A DNA stretch of 60,536 nt, filler included, from Pseudomonadota bacterium (GTDB lineage: Bacteria > Pseudomonadota > Alphaproteobacteria > Paracaedibacterales > CAIOTO01), in the NCBI GenBank assembly GCA_040387495.1. It is 4 parts of 4 records of this genome, joined end to end, with 100 filler letters (N's around TTAATTAATTAA, not from the genome) between each part and the next. Parts side by side here need not be neighbours in the genome. Positions count along the whole stretch, not along the records: positions 1 to 25,425 come from JAZKDQ010000002.1; 3 more parts are not named here. One strand, given 5' to 3'. Under the pieces are notes generated by a model. The model did no database searches. It had not been told where the DNA came from and saw only the letters and a program-made list of their open reading frames with translations. Positions 11,548 through 23,900 of this stretch are shown here, piece after piece. The position numbers were made by a program, and so were the translations under genes. The stretch's first letter is position 1. Each line of letters begins with the position of its first letter.

Positions 11548-12649
11548 CTAATCCACCAATTTATGGGCGAGAGCTGCCTCAAGGAACTCGTCAATGTCAC
11601 CATCCAAGACACCATGTGCGTTTCCTTTTTCAGCACCGGTTCGTGTATCTTTCACTAATTGGTAAGGCTGTAACACATATGACCTGATTTGATGTCCCCA
11701 GCCAATGTCTGATTTTCCGGCGTTTTGTACATTGCTTTTTTCTTCACGCATGCGAAGTTCACGTTCATACAAACGTGCTTTTAACATCTTATAAGCTTGT
11801 GCACGGTTTTTATGTTGTGACCGGTCATTTTGGCATTGAACTACGATACCTGTAGGCATGTGGGTTATGCGAATAGCACTTTCTGTTTTATTTACGTGCT
11901 GTCCGCCGGCGCCTGACGCGCGGTAGGTATCAATGCGCAGGTCTTTTTCTTCGTATTCAACGTTTATATTTTCGTCAACAACGGGGTATACCCAAACAGA
12001 GGCAAAACTTGTATGACGACGTGCATTTGCGTCAAAGGGAGATATGCGAACCAAACGATGCACGCCACTTTCACCTTTGAGCCAACCGTATGCCTGATGA
12101 CCTTTAATTTGCATGGTCATTGATTTAATACCAGCTTCTTCACCTGGGTTTTCATCCATAAGCTCTAGCTTAAATCCACGTTTTTCGCCCCAACGCATAT
12201 ACATACGCGAAAGCATTTCAGCCCAATCTTGTGCTTCGGTCCCGCCCGCGCCTGCATTGATTTCAAGAAAACAATGATTATCATCAGCTTCACCAGACAA
12301 TAACGTTTCAAGTTGCAATCGATCCGCTTCGCGTTTAAGTGTCACAAGCGCTTGTTCTGATTCGAGTGCTAACGCTTCGTCGCCTTCTTCTTCGCTGAGC
12401 GCCAGAAGTTCGGTGTTGTCAACAACAGATTGTTCAAATTTTAAGATGCGTTGTATGGATGCATTGACTACATCACGCTCTTTTAATAATGTTTGCGCCT
12501 CAGTGGGATTATCCCACAAGGTAGGTGATTCAGCCTGCTGATTTAATTCATCAAGTCGTTTTTGTGCTGCATTAAAGTCAAAGATGCCTCCGTAGAAGTG
12601 CAACCGATTGGGCAATTGATTCTACGATTTGTTCGATTTCTGCGCGCAT
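11548..12649 (-). CDS. prfB: Peptide chain release factor 2 with programmed +1 frameshift
   Basis: GGQ and SPF motifs; true start 12649 MRAEIEQIVESIAQSVALLRRHL then CTT TGA C (12583-12577) continuing DFNAAQ. Confidence 0.96.
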
Positions 12650-12668
12650 AGCACATATTCCTTGTGTG

Positions 12669-13952
12669 TTAGAACGAGTCTTCCATGATTTGTGTTGGAT
12701 GGCCACCTACGATAAGCGCTTTACAAACCTGCTGTGCGTGATTTGCATCTCTCGTTTCAATGACGGCATCCACAAAAGCCATTTTAATCATCGTCTTATT
12801 GAAAAAGCGTTGATGGCTAATCTCGAAGATATTACCGCCAGCTTTACCAATAATTTGTGATAGATGTCCTAAGATACCAGGATTATCATTGATTTCAATC
12901 TTTAATCGAACAAGGCGGCCTTCATGTACAAGGCCACGCATAAGCAAGCTTGATAATATGCGTGAATCAACGTTACCACCGCATACAATCGTACCTACCC
13001 GTTTACCTTTAAAAAGTTCTGTGCCTGAAAGAATGGCAGCAATACCCGCAGCACCAGCACCTTCAGCAATTAATTTATTATTGATGATAAGGGATTCCAT
13101 GGCGTTTTCGATCATGGCTTCATTCACAATCAACATATCGTCAAGAACGTCACGGAGGATGGCTAGATTTAAGCGACCTGGGAATTTAATCGCAATGCCC
13201 TCAGCGATTGTTTGTGATTCTTTACGTGTGCCAATTTGCACGCTGTTTGGAAATAAGATTTCTGCGATAGATGGACAATAAAGTGATTGCACGCCAATAA
13301 TTTGAATGGCAGGATTCAATTTCTTTGCAACAATGCCAACCCCGCTTGCAAGGGCGCCGCCACCAATAGGAATAACGAGAACGTCTAAATTAGGTACATC
13401 GGCAAGCATTTCTATGCCCACTGATCCTTGCCCAATTATGACGTTCGGATCATCAAAAGGGTGGATAAGTGCATAGTTATTTTTTTTCATAAGTTGCAGA
13501 GCAAAATCCCGTGCATCTAACACAGTTTTACCATGTAAAATAATAGAAGCACCGTAACTGCGTGTACGCTCTACTTTTGCTATAGGGGTGTTTTCTGGCA
13601 TAACAATTGCCGCAGCAATACCCATCTTTTGTGCATGATACGCAACACTTTGTGCATGATTGCCAGCAGACATGGTAATAACGCCACGTGACTTTTCTGC
13701 ATCAGTGAGACTGTTCATGCATGTATATGCGCCGCGAGCTTTAAAAGAACCGGTAACTTGCAGATTCTCAAGCTTTAGAAAAACCTCTCCGCCTGTAAAC
13801 TGACTAAGCCAAGAAGATTTAATTGTTGGTGTACGATGGACGACAGATTCGAGCCCTTTTGCAGCTGCTTCAATTTTTTCAAAGGTGATTTGGCTGACGA
13901 GCTCGCTTGTTGCGTCAGATGTTTCGTATAAATTGAGAGCGGATTGTTCCAT
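12669..13952 (-). CDS. ilvA: Threonine ammonia-lyase with C-terminal ACT domain
   Basis: KLENLQVTGSFKARG, SAGNHAQ, PIGGGAL, DNPGILG. Confidence 0.88.
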   Translation of the reverse strand: MEQSALNLYETSDATSELVSQITFEKIEAAAKGLESVVHRTPTIKSSWLSQFTGGEVFLKLENLQVTGSFKARGAYTCMNSLTDAEKSRGVITMSAGNHAQSVAYHAQKMGIAAAIVMPENTPIAKVERTRSYGASIILHGKTVLDARDFALQLMKKNNYALIHPFDDPNVIIGQGSVGIEMLADVPNLDVLVIPIGGGALASGVGIVAKKLNPAIQIIGVQSLYCPSIAEILFPNSVQIGTRKESQTIAEGIAIKFPGRLNLAILRDVLDDMLIVNEAMIENAMESLIINNKLIAEGAGAAGIAAILSGTELFKGKRVGTIVCGGNVDSRILSSLLMRGLVHEGRLVRLKIEINDNPGILGHLSQIIGKAGGNIFEISHQRFFNKTMIKMAFVDAVIETRDANHAQQVCKALIVGGHPTQIMEDSF

Positions 13953-14070
13953 AAGTCATGCACCGGTATTGATAGAACTATTTTCTTAGTTATAAAACCT
14001 ATGGTTGAAAAAACAAACAAAATTCATCTATTTTATCGATTTTTTTGAAAATTCTTATGAATGTTGTACG

Positions 14071-14103
14071 AAAAAGAATAAGCCAGGAATATATTGCTGG
14101 CTT
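14071..14103 (-). terminator. Intrinsic terminator
   Basis: AAGCCAG...CTGGCTT stem followed by T-rich tract on minus strand. Confidence 0.55.
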
Positions 14104-14120
14104 GATGTTAGTTTTTAGTT

Positions 14121-14588
14121 TTAGGCAATGTTTTTTTCGTTTGATTCCAAATTAACTTCATCCACGCTGGATGTAAGTAGGTTAATTTGATCATCTGCTA
14201 CACTTTTTTCGTTCTCACCATTAAAACTTGTTTCAGATTCATTTCAGTTAATATGGTCATCTATCGTATATTTTAATACTAAATACTTTTGGCCTTCTGA
14301 TGTTTTTACAACTTCTTTTGCCCCAAATGGCTCCTCTTTTGGAGTAACCCAGTTTAGCGTTACTGTTCCTGTTGTGGCTAGGGTTTCACCAGCTTGCAAT
14401 AAGGTATAATCGATACGACCTTCTGGATAGGCGCCGTTGACCATTAAAATATTAAAAGCAGCGCTCGAAAGTGAAGCGTTTCCGTTAACTGCTATTGTGT
14501 TTCCTAGTTTAGTCTTCTCGTTAGCCGTTTCATCCATGGCGCTCGCGCAGCTAATGCCAACCATGAGCGATAATATTAATTTTTTCAT
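14121..14588 (-). CDS. Secreted hypothetical protein with in-frame TGA at 14246-14244 (114 aa, or about 155 aa with extension)
   Basis: Signal peptide MKKLILSLMVGISCASA; frame stays open 40 codons after the TGA up to TAA 14123-14121. Confidence 0.6.
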
Positions 14589-14720
14589 AAAATGTTTCTT
14601 TAAATTACTGCAAATTATTTTGCGGAACTACATATAACATTTTACTAAATGCAGGTCTAGTGGTTTTAAATTATTTTTTAATCAGTTTGGTTGTAATTTA
14701 TGTTCAAATATAAATTATAT

Positions 14721-16076
14721 TTATGCTTTTATTTTTTGCGTTCGTTCAATAATAAGTGTACACACGAGTGCAATTAATGCAATAGAACAGAGCGTGTAAG
14801 GAATAATGTGTGGATTTATTTTGCCCAAAAAAGTATAAAGAGTGGGCAAAAATGCACACAAGACATATCCCATATTGTAACAAAGTGAAACGCCAGTAAA
14901 ACGCACCTCTGTTGGGAAAATTTGCGTAAGCCACGGCAGTACACAGGCAACACTTGCATTTATAAACACTTGCCATAAAATAAGAAAACTCAAAAGCCCC
15001 CAATTTGTATGTATGTCGAGTAATCTAAATATGTGCTGGCAAGAGATGGTAAATACTACACATGTACAAATAAGAACGATTTTTATGCCTAAGTAATCAA
15101 CAAGCCAACCGAATGACAGTACAAAAAATATAGAAGTAGCCAGTGCAATGGTCATTTCGCTGTACACTGAAGAAGGTTCAAATCCATAAACTGAGATTAA
15201 ATGAGTCGCAAAAAAAACATTAGTGATGACCATGGCAGCGGGGAATAACATAAGTCCAATTCCGATGAGTATTGAGACTGGATGTTGGGTAATTATAGTA
15301 TGAAGCGGCGTCCAGGGTTTATTATTTTTTTGAGTTTGTTCAATCTGCATAAATTCTAGTGTTTCATACATGAGTGTACGTAAATACCAACTGATAAAGG
15401 CAAGACTCCCGCCGAGAAGAAATGGAATACGCCATCCCCAGGCACTGATATCTGTTGGCGACAAAGTGTATGTGAGAAGGGCTAAAATCCCCGTTGCGAA
15501 AATAGCACCGATGCTGGTGCTGGAAATGACAAATCCGCAATTGAAGCCACGCTTATGTGCATCATCTGTTTCGCTTGTGATGGTAATTGCACCTGGTAGC
15601 TCTGCGCCAAAGGAAAGACCTTGCGCAAGCCGGCATGCAATTAAAAGCAGGGCGGGTAGGGCGCTGTATGTTGTTTTTAATAATATCTGTGTTGGCAGTA
15701 ATCCAATTAAAAGTGTGGCAGTACCCATAAGCAACATCGCTCCTGTGAAGGCATCTCGGCGTCCCTTACGATCAGCAAGTTGACCAAACAAAATGCCGCC
15801 AAGTGGGCGCGCGACATAACCAAGTGCAAATACGGAAAAGGCTTTGGCTGTACTTACAACAGGATCATTACTTTGAAAAAAAAGAGCCATAATAAAAGGC
15901 ATAAGTAAGCCATAAATCATAAAGTCATAGTACTCAAGGGCAACGCCAATATTGATGCCGAGCTTGACAAGGCGTGAATTTGAAAGGTTCGTGCTGGTAT
16001 GCGTGTTTGCAACGGTGTTAGGAATGCATTGTTTATTCAGTAGATTTGCGTGTGTTCTCGATTCAAGGGCTTTCAT
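14721..16076 (-). CDS. MFS transporter, MHS (ProP-like) family
   Basis: EYYDF, RPLGGILFGQLADRKGRR, WGWRIPFLLGG; RBS GAGGA before ATG 16076. Confidence 0.9.
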   Translation of the reverse strand: MKALESRTHANLLNKQCIPNTVANTHTSTNLSNSRLVKLGINIGVALEYYDFMIYGLLMPFIMALFFQSNDPVVSTAKAFSVFALGYVARPLGGILFGQLADRKGRRDAFTGAMLLMGTATLLIGLLPTQILLKTTYSALPALLLIACRLAQGLSFGAELPGAITITSETDDAHKRGFNCGFVISSTSIGAIFATGILALLTYTLSPTDISAWGWRIPFLLGGSLAFISWYLRTLMYETLEFMQIEQTQKNNKPWTPLHTIITQHPVSILIGIGLMLFPAAMVITNVFFATHLISVYGFEPSSVYSEMTIALATSIFFVLSFGWLVDYLGIKIVLICTCVVFTISCQHIFRLLDIHTNWGLLSFLILWQVFINASVACVLPWLTQIFPTEVRFTGVSLCYNMGYVLCAFLPTLYTFLGKINPHIIPYTLCSIALIALVCTLIIERTQKIKA

Positions 16077-16295
16077 ACTTTTATTCCTCTGTTTTGATAA
16101 GTGGTATAAAGTTTTCTGTGACGAACACAACCTTTGTATATCACTCATACAATTTGTTAGCAATGGGAAAGCAAAAAAAATCAAACGATGCATTTTAATA
16201 TCTAGAAATTTTTATAAAAAAATATGTATTTAAATATTGAATTATAATAATTTAATAACCTTGATATGTAAAAAGTAATAACGGAGTAGAAAATA

Positions 16296-16331
16296 TTAAC
16301 AGATTTTTAAAATTGTTAACCATTTATTAAC
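16296..16331. promoter_or_regulatory. Two tandem CtrA-type boxes
   Basis: TTAA-CAGATTT-TTAA (16296-16310) and TTAA-CCATTTA-TTAAC (16316-16331). Confidence 0.55.
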
Positions 16332-16346
16332 AACAAATGAATACCA

Positions 16347-17006
16347 TTGTTTGTAGGATCACTTTATTTGTTAGGTCTGTATATAAGTAATATACTTGTT
16401 GTATTAATAGTTTTGTTATTAAATAATAATTCGTTGGTTTTTGCATCTGGTATTCCAGGTCCAGATCTCCCAAAGCATATAAGAACGGGTTATAACATCG
16501 CAAAATCTACACATCGTGATTACTTAAATGAATATAGTGAAGCGGTTAGACCTAAACTCTCACAAATACTGAGAGAAGTTGTACCAAGTGAGTTGATCTT
16601 GTCTTCAGGTTTTTTAATCAAAAATCAAGATCCGTTGGATATAGCTGGTTGCTATATTCGATTAGGGCAACATCTTAGGCAGTGTGATTTATTAGAAAAT
16701 AAGTATTGTTTTGCGTCCGTTTCCTTTTTAAATGTTGGTGGTTTATATGCCAACCTAGCACTTACGTTAAGAGGGAATGAATTCGATACTGACATTAATG
16801 AAATTCGTATAAATTTTTTAGTCTCAGCTGCCCAGTCCTATAGCTGGGCATTTTGTAATGAGCCTGATTTGCATAAAAAGGCAATTGAAAGAAATTTATC
16901 AATAGATTATCTGAGATACGCAAGAAATGATGCCAATCTATTGACAGACGAAACAAAAGCTTTTTGGTTAAATAAGATTGATCGCGAACAGGCCAAATTA
17001 CTTTAA
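16347..17006 (+). CDS. Hypothetical protein, N-terminal hydrophobic/signal segment
   Basis: 219-aa ORF; start uncertain; overlaps clpB stop. Confidence 0.6.
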   Translation: MFVGSLYLLGLYISNILVVLIVLLLNNNSLVFASGIPGPDLPKHIRTGYNIAKSTHRDYLNEYSEAVRPKLSQILREVVPSELILSSGFLIKNQDPLDIAGCYIRLGQHLRQCDLLENKYCFASVSFLNVGGLYANLALTLRGNEFDTDINEIRINFLVSAAQSYSWAFCNEPDLHKKAIERNLSIDYLRYARNDANLLTDETKAFWLNKIDREQAKLL

Positions 17007-19565
17007 ACTTAACGTATGACCATCACTATCGACCTGAACAGCTGTCCCATCTGAGATCTCGCCTGCTAAAATCTTGAGGGCAAGTGGATCTTGTAATTCG
17101 CGTTGAATGACACGCCGAAGGGGGCGCGCACCATATGCGGGATCATATCCAGCCTCAACAAGCCAATGCAGTGCTGCATCGGCAAAGTTAATAGTGATCT
17201 TCCGGTCGGCAAGACGTGTTTGAAGGCTTTTTAACTGAATGCCGACAATCGCCGCCATATCTGATTTGCGCAAACGGTTGAAAATTGTGATTTCATCCAA
17301 ACGATTCAGAAATTCTGGCCTGAATGCATGACGGACTGATGTCATTACTAGATCGCGCACGCGTGGGCTAATAGCCTCGGTTGGTTCTTGTTGACTCAAC
17401 GCGTCTGCGCCAAGATTGGATGTTAAAATCACGATGGTGTTTCTAAAATCAACGGTTCGTCCTTGACTGTCGGTCAGGCGACCATCATCTAAAACTTGGA
17501 GTAAAATATGAAAAACATCGCTGTGAGCCTTTTCAACTTCATCGAATAAAATTACAGAATAGGGACGACGACGAACGGCTTCAGTTAATGCTCCGCCTTG
17601 TTCATACCCGACGTATCCTGGAGGTGCGCCAATCAAACGTGCGACTGAATGCTTTTCCATATACTCAGACATATCAATTCGGATAAGATTTGTCTCGTCA
17701 TCAAATAAAAATGCGGCAAGTGTTTTACACAACTCTGTTTTCCCGACACCGGTTGGGCCTAAGAATAGGAATGATCCCATGGGGCGATTGGGATCTTGAA
17801 GGCCAGCACGTGAACGTCTAACCGCATTTGATATGGCATGGATTGCTTCATCCTGACCAATGACACGTTCATGGAGTTTTTCCTCCATCTTGATCAGTTT
17901 TTCACGTTCACCAGTGAGCATCTTTTCAACAGGAATGCCTGTCCAGCGTGACACAATCAACGCAATGTCTTGCTCTGTAACTTCTTCTTTAAAGGATTTA
18001 TGATTTTCATTTTCTGAAAGTGCTGCTACTTTACGTTCTAGCTCTGGCAAGCGGCTATAGAGAATTTCACCAGCACGTGTGAGATCACCTCTACGTTGTG
18101 CAATTTCTTGTTCAATCTTAAGTTGTTCAATTTGTGATTTGAGTTTACGTCCACTATCAAGATGTTGTTTTTCTTGTTGCCAGACGTCATTGAGCTTGCG
18201 GGACTTTTCCTCAAGGTCAGCCAATTCTTTTTCAAGTTTTCCTAGTCGATCTTTAGATGCCGCATCGCTTTCCTTTTTAAGGGCTTCACGTTCAATTTTA
18301 AGTTGAATGATACGGCGGTCAAGCTCGTCAATATCTTCAGGTTTTGAATCAACCACCATACGAAGACGACTTGCAGCTTCGTCCATTAAATCGATGGCTT
18401 TATCTGGCAGGAAACGATCACTGATGTAGCGGTTGGAATACGTGCAGGCGGCCACAATGGCATTGTCGCTAATACGTACGCCATGGTGCAGTTCATATTT
18501 TTCCTTGAGGCCACGTAAAATCGATATGCTATCTTCTACGGTAGGTTCAGACACAAAAACAGATTGAAAGCGACGCGCAAGAGCAGGATCTTTTTCAATA
18601 TAAAGGCGATACTCATCTAATGTCGTCGCGCCAATGCAATGTAACTCCCCACGTGCAAGGGCAGGTTTTAGCATATTTGATGCATCCATGGCACCATCAG
18701 TTTTTCCTGCACCAACAAGGGTGTGTAGCTCATCAACAAAGACAATGACTTCGCCCGCTGCATTGGTTATTTCAGCTAACACGGCCTTTAGACGTTCTTC
18801 AAAGTCGCCGCGGTATTTTGCTCCTGCAAGCAATGCGCCTAAATCGAGGGCCATTAGTTTTGTGTTACGCATAGATTCTGGCACGTCGCCTTTAACAATA
18901 CGTTGGGCTAGTCCTTCAGCAATGGCAGTTTTACCAACGCCAGGCTCACCAATGAGTACTGGGTTGTTTTTTGTGCGACGGCAGAGTACTTGAATGGTGC
19001 GTCTGATTTCTTCATCACGGCCAATAACTGGGTCAAGTTTTCCTTCGCGCACGGCTTGGGTTAAATCACGTGCATATTTTTTTAACGCATCGTAGCTTTC
19101 TTCGGCAGATTGAGATTCAACTTTTCTACCTTTCCTTAATGTTTGAATGGCAGTATTGATTGCTTTTTCTGTCGCACCAACACTTTCAAGAAGTTCTTTT
19201 GTTGGAGAAGTAGAGGCCAAACCATACAGGAGTAGTTCCGCACTAACAAATGTATCACCCATCTGTGTTGATTTTTGCTCTGCTGCTTCAAGTGCTTTCG
19301 CAACTTCTTGTGACATATATACATTGCCGGCACCAGTGCCGGATACGCTCGGTATTTTTTTTAATCCTGTCAGAATCTTTTGTTCAAGCTGTGTAATGCT
19401 GCCAGAAGCATTTTGTAAGACAGTGGCACATAATCCATCAGGATCGTCGATGAGTACTTTTAAAAGATGCAGAGGATTTAATTGTTGATGCCCTTCGCGT
19501 ACAGCAAGTAACTGTGCATTTTGGAGCATTCCTTGACTTCTTTGTGTATAACGATCGGGTTGCAT
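16998..19565 (-). CDS. clpB: ATP-dependent chaperone ClpB
   Basis: Two Walker A motifs ([16 protein letters not shown]), middle coiled coil, GAPPGYVGY. Confidence 0.98.
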   Translation of the reverse strand: MQPDRYTQRSQGMLQNAQLLAVREGHQQLNPLHLLKVLIDDPDGLCATVLQNASGSITQLEQKILTGLKKIPSVSGTGAGNVYMSQEVAKALEAAEQKSTQMGDTFVSAELLLYGLASTSPTKELLESVGATEKAINTAIQTLRKGRKVESQSAEESYDALKKYARDLTQAVREGKLDPVIGRDEEIRRTIQVLCRRTKNNPVLIGEPGVGKTAIAEGLAQRIVKGDVPESMRNTKLMALDLGALLAGAKYRGDFEERLKAVLAEITNAAGEVIVFVDELHTLVGAGKTDGAMDASNMLKPALARGELHCIGATTLDEYRLYIEKDPALARRFQSVFVSEPTVEDSISILRGLKEKYELHHGVRISDNAIVAACTYSNRYISDRFLPDKAIDLMDEAASRLRMVVDSKPEDIDELDRRIIQLKIEREALKKESDAASKDRLGKLEKELADLEEKSRKLNDVWQQEKQHLDSGRKLKSQIEQLKIEQEIAQRRGDLTRAGEILYSRLPELERKVAALSENENHKSFKEEVTEQDIALIVSRWTGIPVEKMLTGEREKLIKMEEKLHERVIGQDEAIHAISNAVRRSRAGLQDPNRPMGSFLFLGPTGVGKTELCKTLAAFLFDDETNLIRIDMSEYMEKHSVARLIGAPPGYVGYEQGGALTEAVRRRPYSVILFDEVEKAHSDVFHILLQVLDDGRLTDSQGRTVDFRNTIVILTSNLGADALSQQEPTEAISPRVRDLVMTSVRHAFRPEFLNRLDEITIFNRLRKSDMAAIVGIQLKSLQTRLADRKITINFADAALHWLVEAGYDPAYGARPLRRVIQRELQDPLALKILAGEISDGTAVQVDSDGHTLSLK

Positions 19566-19642
19566 AAAATCTCCTGGAGTTAGGTAATCAATATTCTTTT
19601 GTATATGTTTGATTAATTAGAACGTATAACATTACTAAGGTT

Positions 19643-19720
19643 AACGCAAGTAGTGGAATTTACATCACATCTTCGTGCAACAACGCAAGTAGTGGAATTT
19701 ACATCACATCTTCGTGCAAC
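19643..19720. repeat. Exact 39-bp tandem duplication
   Basis: AACGCAAGTAGTGGAATTTACATCACATCTTCGTGCAAC at 19643-19681 and 19682-19720. Confidence 0.95.
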
Positions 19721-19818
19721 ATGGACACTAAATATGATAGCATTATCGGTAATTTGTTGTGTGATAGTATGAAAAAAGCGCTTCCTGTAAATTTATGTGT
19801 AAAAGGGTATTTTCTTGT

Positions 19819-20907
19819 ATGAAATTTCTTAAACAACTGCAAGCTTATTTGTTAATAAAAAATAGAAAAAAAAGGCTTATTCTGCTTCTCATTCTATCTA
19901 TTGGAGGTACATTCTACTATATTTTTCACACTTCTTCCATGCCTGAACCTATTGTTAAGGTTGTGGAGGTTATCAATGTTAAACTTAAGTGTATTGAGCA
20001 AACAGTGCGGCTCATAGGCACCACACGAGCAAAACGTGCGACTTCACTTATTGTAAAGACATCTGGAGTTCTTGAAATTTTAAAGCGAGCCGGTACTCTT
20101 GTCACAAAAGATACAATGATTGCGCGCATTAATAATCCTGATATTGAGAAAAGATATGAATCTGCCCTAGCTGCTGCTCAAATTGCAAAAGATCAATATG
20201 AGCGAATAAAAACCCTTACAAAAACGGGAACCGCAAGTAAGCAATCAGCTGAAGAAAAACAAGCAGCATTGTTGGAGGCGGAAGGGGCTCTCGCTACAGC
20301 AAAAATAGAGCTCGATAAAATCAGATTTTATGCACCTTTCGATGGTGTAATTGGCGCATACAAAGTACGTGATGGAGCTGAAATCAACGTTGGCGCACAA
20401 TTGGTTACTTTTTATGACCCCACGTCCATGATTGTTGAATTTGATATTCCTGCGCCATTGTTAGCATCAATAGACCTTGGTCAAAAAGTAATGATTAACG
20501 AGAAAGTTTACAAGGTATCTGAGGTGCAAAAAATGCTCGACGAATCGACCCATATGGCGCCTGCAACTGTGGATATTGAAGCATCCACGTATATTATTGG
20601 GATTACTGTTAATGTAGATTTGACCGTATCTGAGAAAAATAATGTAATTGTATTGCCTGAGGAGACTGTATTTCTTGAGCAGGGGAAACCTCATGTCTAT
20701 GTGATAAAGGATTCAAAGACTGTGCTTACTCCAATTGATGTTGGTATTCGGGCACGAGATCAGGTGGAAATTACTAAAGGGCTCCATGCTGGCGATGTTG
20801 TTGTATCTCAAGCGCAGTCGCGTTTATCAAAAGATACAGTAATTAAGATTCATGATCCCAAAGAAGTAATTGCAGCCAAGAAATTCGATATGAGTTCAAA
20901 GAAATGA
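19819..20907 (+). CDS. RND efflux periplasmic adaptor (MFP)
   Basis: N-terminal TM, APFDGVI, VEITKGL; precedes RND permease; alternative start 19795. Confidence 0.88.
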   Translation: MKFLKQLQAYLLIKNRKKRLILLLILSIGGTFYYIFHTSSMPEPIVKVVEVINVKLKCIEQTVRLIGTTRAKRATSLIVKTSGVLEILKRAGTLVTKDTMIARINNPDIEKRYESALAAAQIAKDQYERIKTLTKTGTASKQSAEEKQAALLEAEGALATAKIELDKIRFYAPFDGVIGAYKVRDGAEINVGAQLVTFYDPTSMIVEFDIPAPLLASIDLGQKVMINEKVYKVSEVQKMLDESTHMAPATVDIEASTYIIGITVNVDLTVSEKNNVIVLPEETVFLEQGKPHVYVIKDSKTVLTPIDVGIRARDQVEITKGLHAGDVVVSQAQSRLSKDTVIKIHDPKEVIAAKKFDMSSKK

Positions 20908-23900
20908 AAATCACTGAATATTTTATCAGGCACCCAGTCATTGCATTTGTTATTAATGCAATGGTGTTGATTGTTGGTGTTTTAAGCTTTGATCAATTGT
21001 CATTACGTGAATACCCAATGATTAATTTTTCAACAATTTCAGTCTTAACAACCTATCCTAATGCATCTGCTGAAATAATTGAATCAAGCATAACTAATGT
21101 GCTGGAAGATAGTCTTGCAGGAATTGAAGGTCTCCTTGATATGCAGTCAACTACGGGCTCGGGACAGGTTGATATAACGCTTAATTTTAATGTGGATATT
21201 TCTATGGATAGCGCGATGACAGCTGCACGTGATGCTATTTCGCTTGCTATGTCTGATCTACCAAAGGATGCAAAACAACCCATTATTAGAAAAAAAACAG
21301 CAGAAAATAATGGGCCACCATTTATCGCTATTTCGATAGAATCAGATACATGTGACTCTGGGGCCCTCACTCATTATGCAAATTTAAATCTTATGAATGC
21401 GTTTAGAAGTATTCCGGGCGTAAGCTCAGTAAGTGTGTATGGAGAGCAATATACCTATGAAGTAACACTTGACCCAAAACTTTTATACACATTTGGTGTG
21501 AATGTGGACGAAGTGTATAAAGTTTTACATGATAGTAATGATTCATTTCCTGTTGGAAAATTCCAAGATCAGATTCCGACAACTTTAGTAAAATCTTTAA
21601 ATTCTAAAAGTGATTATGAAAAACTTGTGATTAGACATGCAACGAAAGAACTTCCAGCTATTTTATTGGGCTCTGTAGCAACTATTGTTCAGAAAACAGA
21701 TGACACTTCTTTACGAGTAAAGGTTAATGGTAAACCTGGTATTGTGATTGCTATTAGTAGAGGAATAAGTGCCAATCCAGTTGATGTATCAAATTTGGTT
21801 AATAAAAAACTGCAAGAAATAGAACAAAGTTTACCAAAAGATATGCATATAAACGTGGTGTTGGATCAGGCCGAATTTGTAAGGTCCTCCATTTCAACAA
21901 TCAAAACTTCAATTGTTGAATCAATTATTTTAGTCTTAGCTATTGTATTTCTGTTCCTAAGATCGTTTCGCGCAACGCTTATTCCATTAATAACGATTCC
22001 TATTTCACTCGCAGGATCAATCCTCTTTTTAAGCGCATTTGGTTGCTCTATTAACATTATCACATTATTAGCAATGGTGCTTGCCATTGGCTTAGTTGTA
22101 GATGATGCTATTGTTGTTCTTGAAAATATAGCACGTCATATTGAAGAAGGATTATCACCATTTGATGCTGCGGTTAAAGGTGGCAAAGAGATTGGTTTTG
22201 CTGTTGTTGCAATGACATTTACCCTAATGAGTGTTTTTGCACCGATTGCGTTTATTCAAGGTGCTGTAGGTTTGTTGTTTGTTGAATTTGCTGTAGCCCT
22301 TGCAGGAAGTGTGTTTATATCTGGGTTGGTAGCGTTAACATTGTCGCCATTTATGTGTGCATCTTTATTAAAAAGTAAACATCGTAATTTGTGGCCTAGT
22401 GTGGATGTTTTTCTTGATAAGCTCACGCTTAAATATGAGGATTTATTAACAGTCCTTTTAACGAAAGCGAAGCTAATTAGTGTCGGAATGCTATGTGCTT
22501 TTGGCATAACGTTTATACTTTTTAAAGTTTTACCACATGAAATGGCTCCCAAAGAAGATCGTGGGTTAATAATTGTATACACACCACCACTTCCGGGTAA
22601 GCATATTAATGCATTGGAAGGTCGTGTGACAGAGATCCATCAGAAAATTGGAATGCTTCCTGAGGTGGAAAGTGTTTTGGTCTTTATGGGGGATTGGGGG
22701 GCAAATATTTGTTTTGGTTTGACGCCAAAGAATGATCGAAAACGATCTGTTGATGCAATAAAACAAAGCATTCAGACCTTAATCAATGACTTTCCATCTG
22801 TTGATACATTTGTGCGTTCTTTTGATTCTGGATTGCCAGGACTTGAAGTTTCTGATTCTACAAGTTTAAGCATGGTTATATCAACAGTTGATACCTACTC
22901 AGCTCTTTGCGAAGCCGGCAAAAAAATAACAAAAGCATCTTTTGATACAAAAGCATTTTTATCGCTTACACATGATTTGAATTTAGATAGCAAGTCGTAC
23001 ACGATTGATTTTGACAGTAATCTTTTAGGGAAACTTAATCTTGATGAATTTGTAATTGCAAAATTAATTTCGACTTTCTTTAGTGGTGATAAGTCATTAA
23101 CGTTTAACAAAGACGGTATTTCATACCCAATCATACTTAAGGGAAAAGATAAACCATGGACACTTGATGAGCTTTATGTCACGAATAAAATGGGAAGTCG
23201 AATTTCACTTGGAACAGTAGGAAGCTTAAAACCTGCAACACAGCCTGATCGTTTGTTTCATTATAACCAAATGCGATCTCTAACATTAAACGCTCAAATA
23301 TCAGATTCCTCACTTGACCAGAATATGAACACATTTAAGCAACTCGCAGGCTCCACATTGCCTCCTTCCTATAAACAAACATGGGTTGGTATGGCTAAAA
23401 CATATAAAGAATCAGCTTCAACGATGGCTACGCTTATTTTCTTGGCGATTATCTTTATTTATGCCATTTTGGCCATTCAGTTTGAAAGCTTCCTAGATCC
23501 ATTTATTGTTATGCTTACAGTGCCCCTTGCTGCGATGGGAGCATTGATCGTTTTATGGTTGTTTGGCCAAACTATGAATATTTATACGCAAATTGGATTG
23601 ATAACACTTGTTGGGTTAATTACTAAGAATGGTATTTTAATTGTTGAATTTGCTAATCAGCAGCTCGAACAAGGGTTGAGTGCTGTTGATGCTGCTAAGA
23701 AGGCAGCTGGACTAAGGTTGCGTCCCATCCTAATGACAACAAGTGCGATGATTTTGGGTGCTGTGCCATTGATTTTATCAAACACAAGTGGATCAGAAGC
23801 ACGGCGCATTATTGGTGCTGTGCTCGTAGGAGGGCTTAGCTTTGGAACTGTATTAACGCTGATTTTCCTGCCAACACTTTATGCACTAGTTAAAAGTGAG

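Noticed and set aside
14244..14246. Genome-wide TGA reassignment or selenocysteine
   Set aside because: TGA clearly terminates iscR, iscA and dapD, prfB is present, and no redox motif or obvious SECIS is visible
16105..16135. preQ1-I riboswitch
   Set aside because: TGTG-TTCGT-CACA-GAAAACT is only superficially similar; the loop is too short for the pseudoknot
19643..19720. CRISPR array
   Set aside because: Only two adjacent copies, no spacers and no cas genes; the 27-bp repeats at 24.9-25.4 kb also lack spacers
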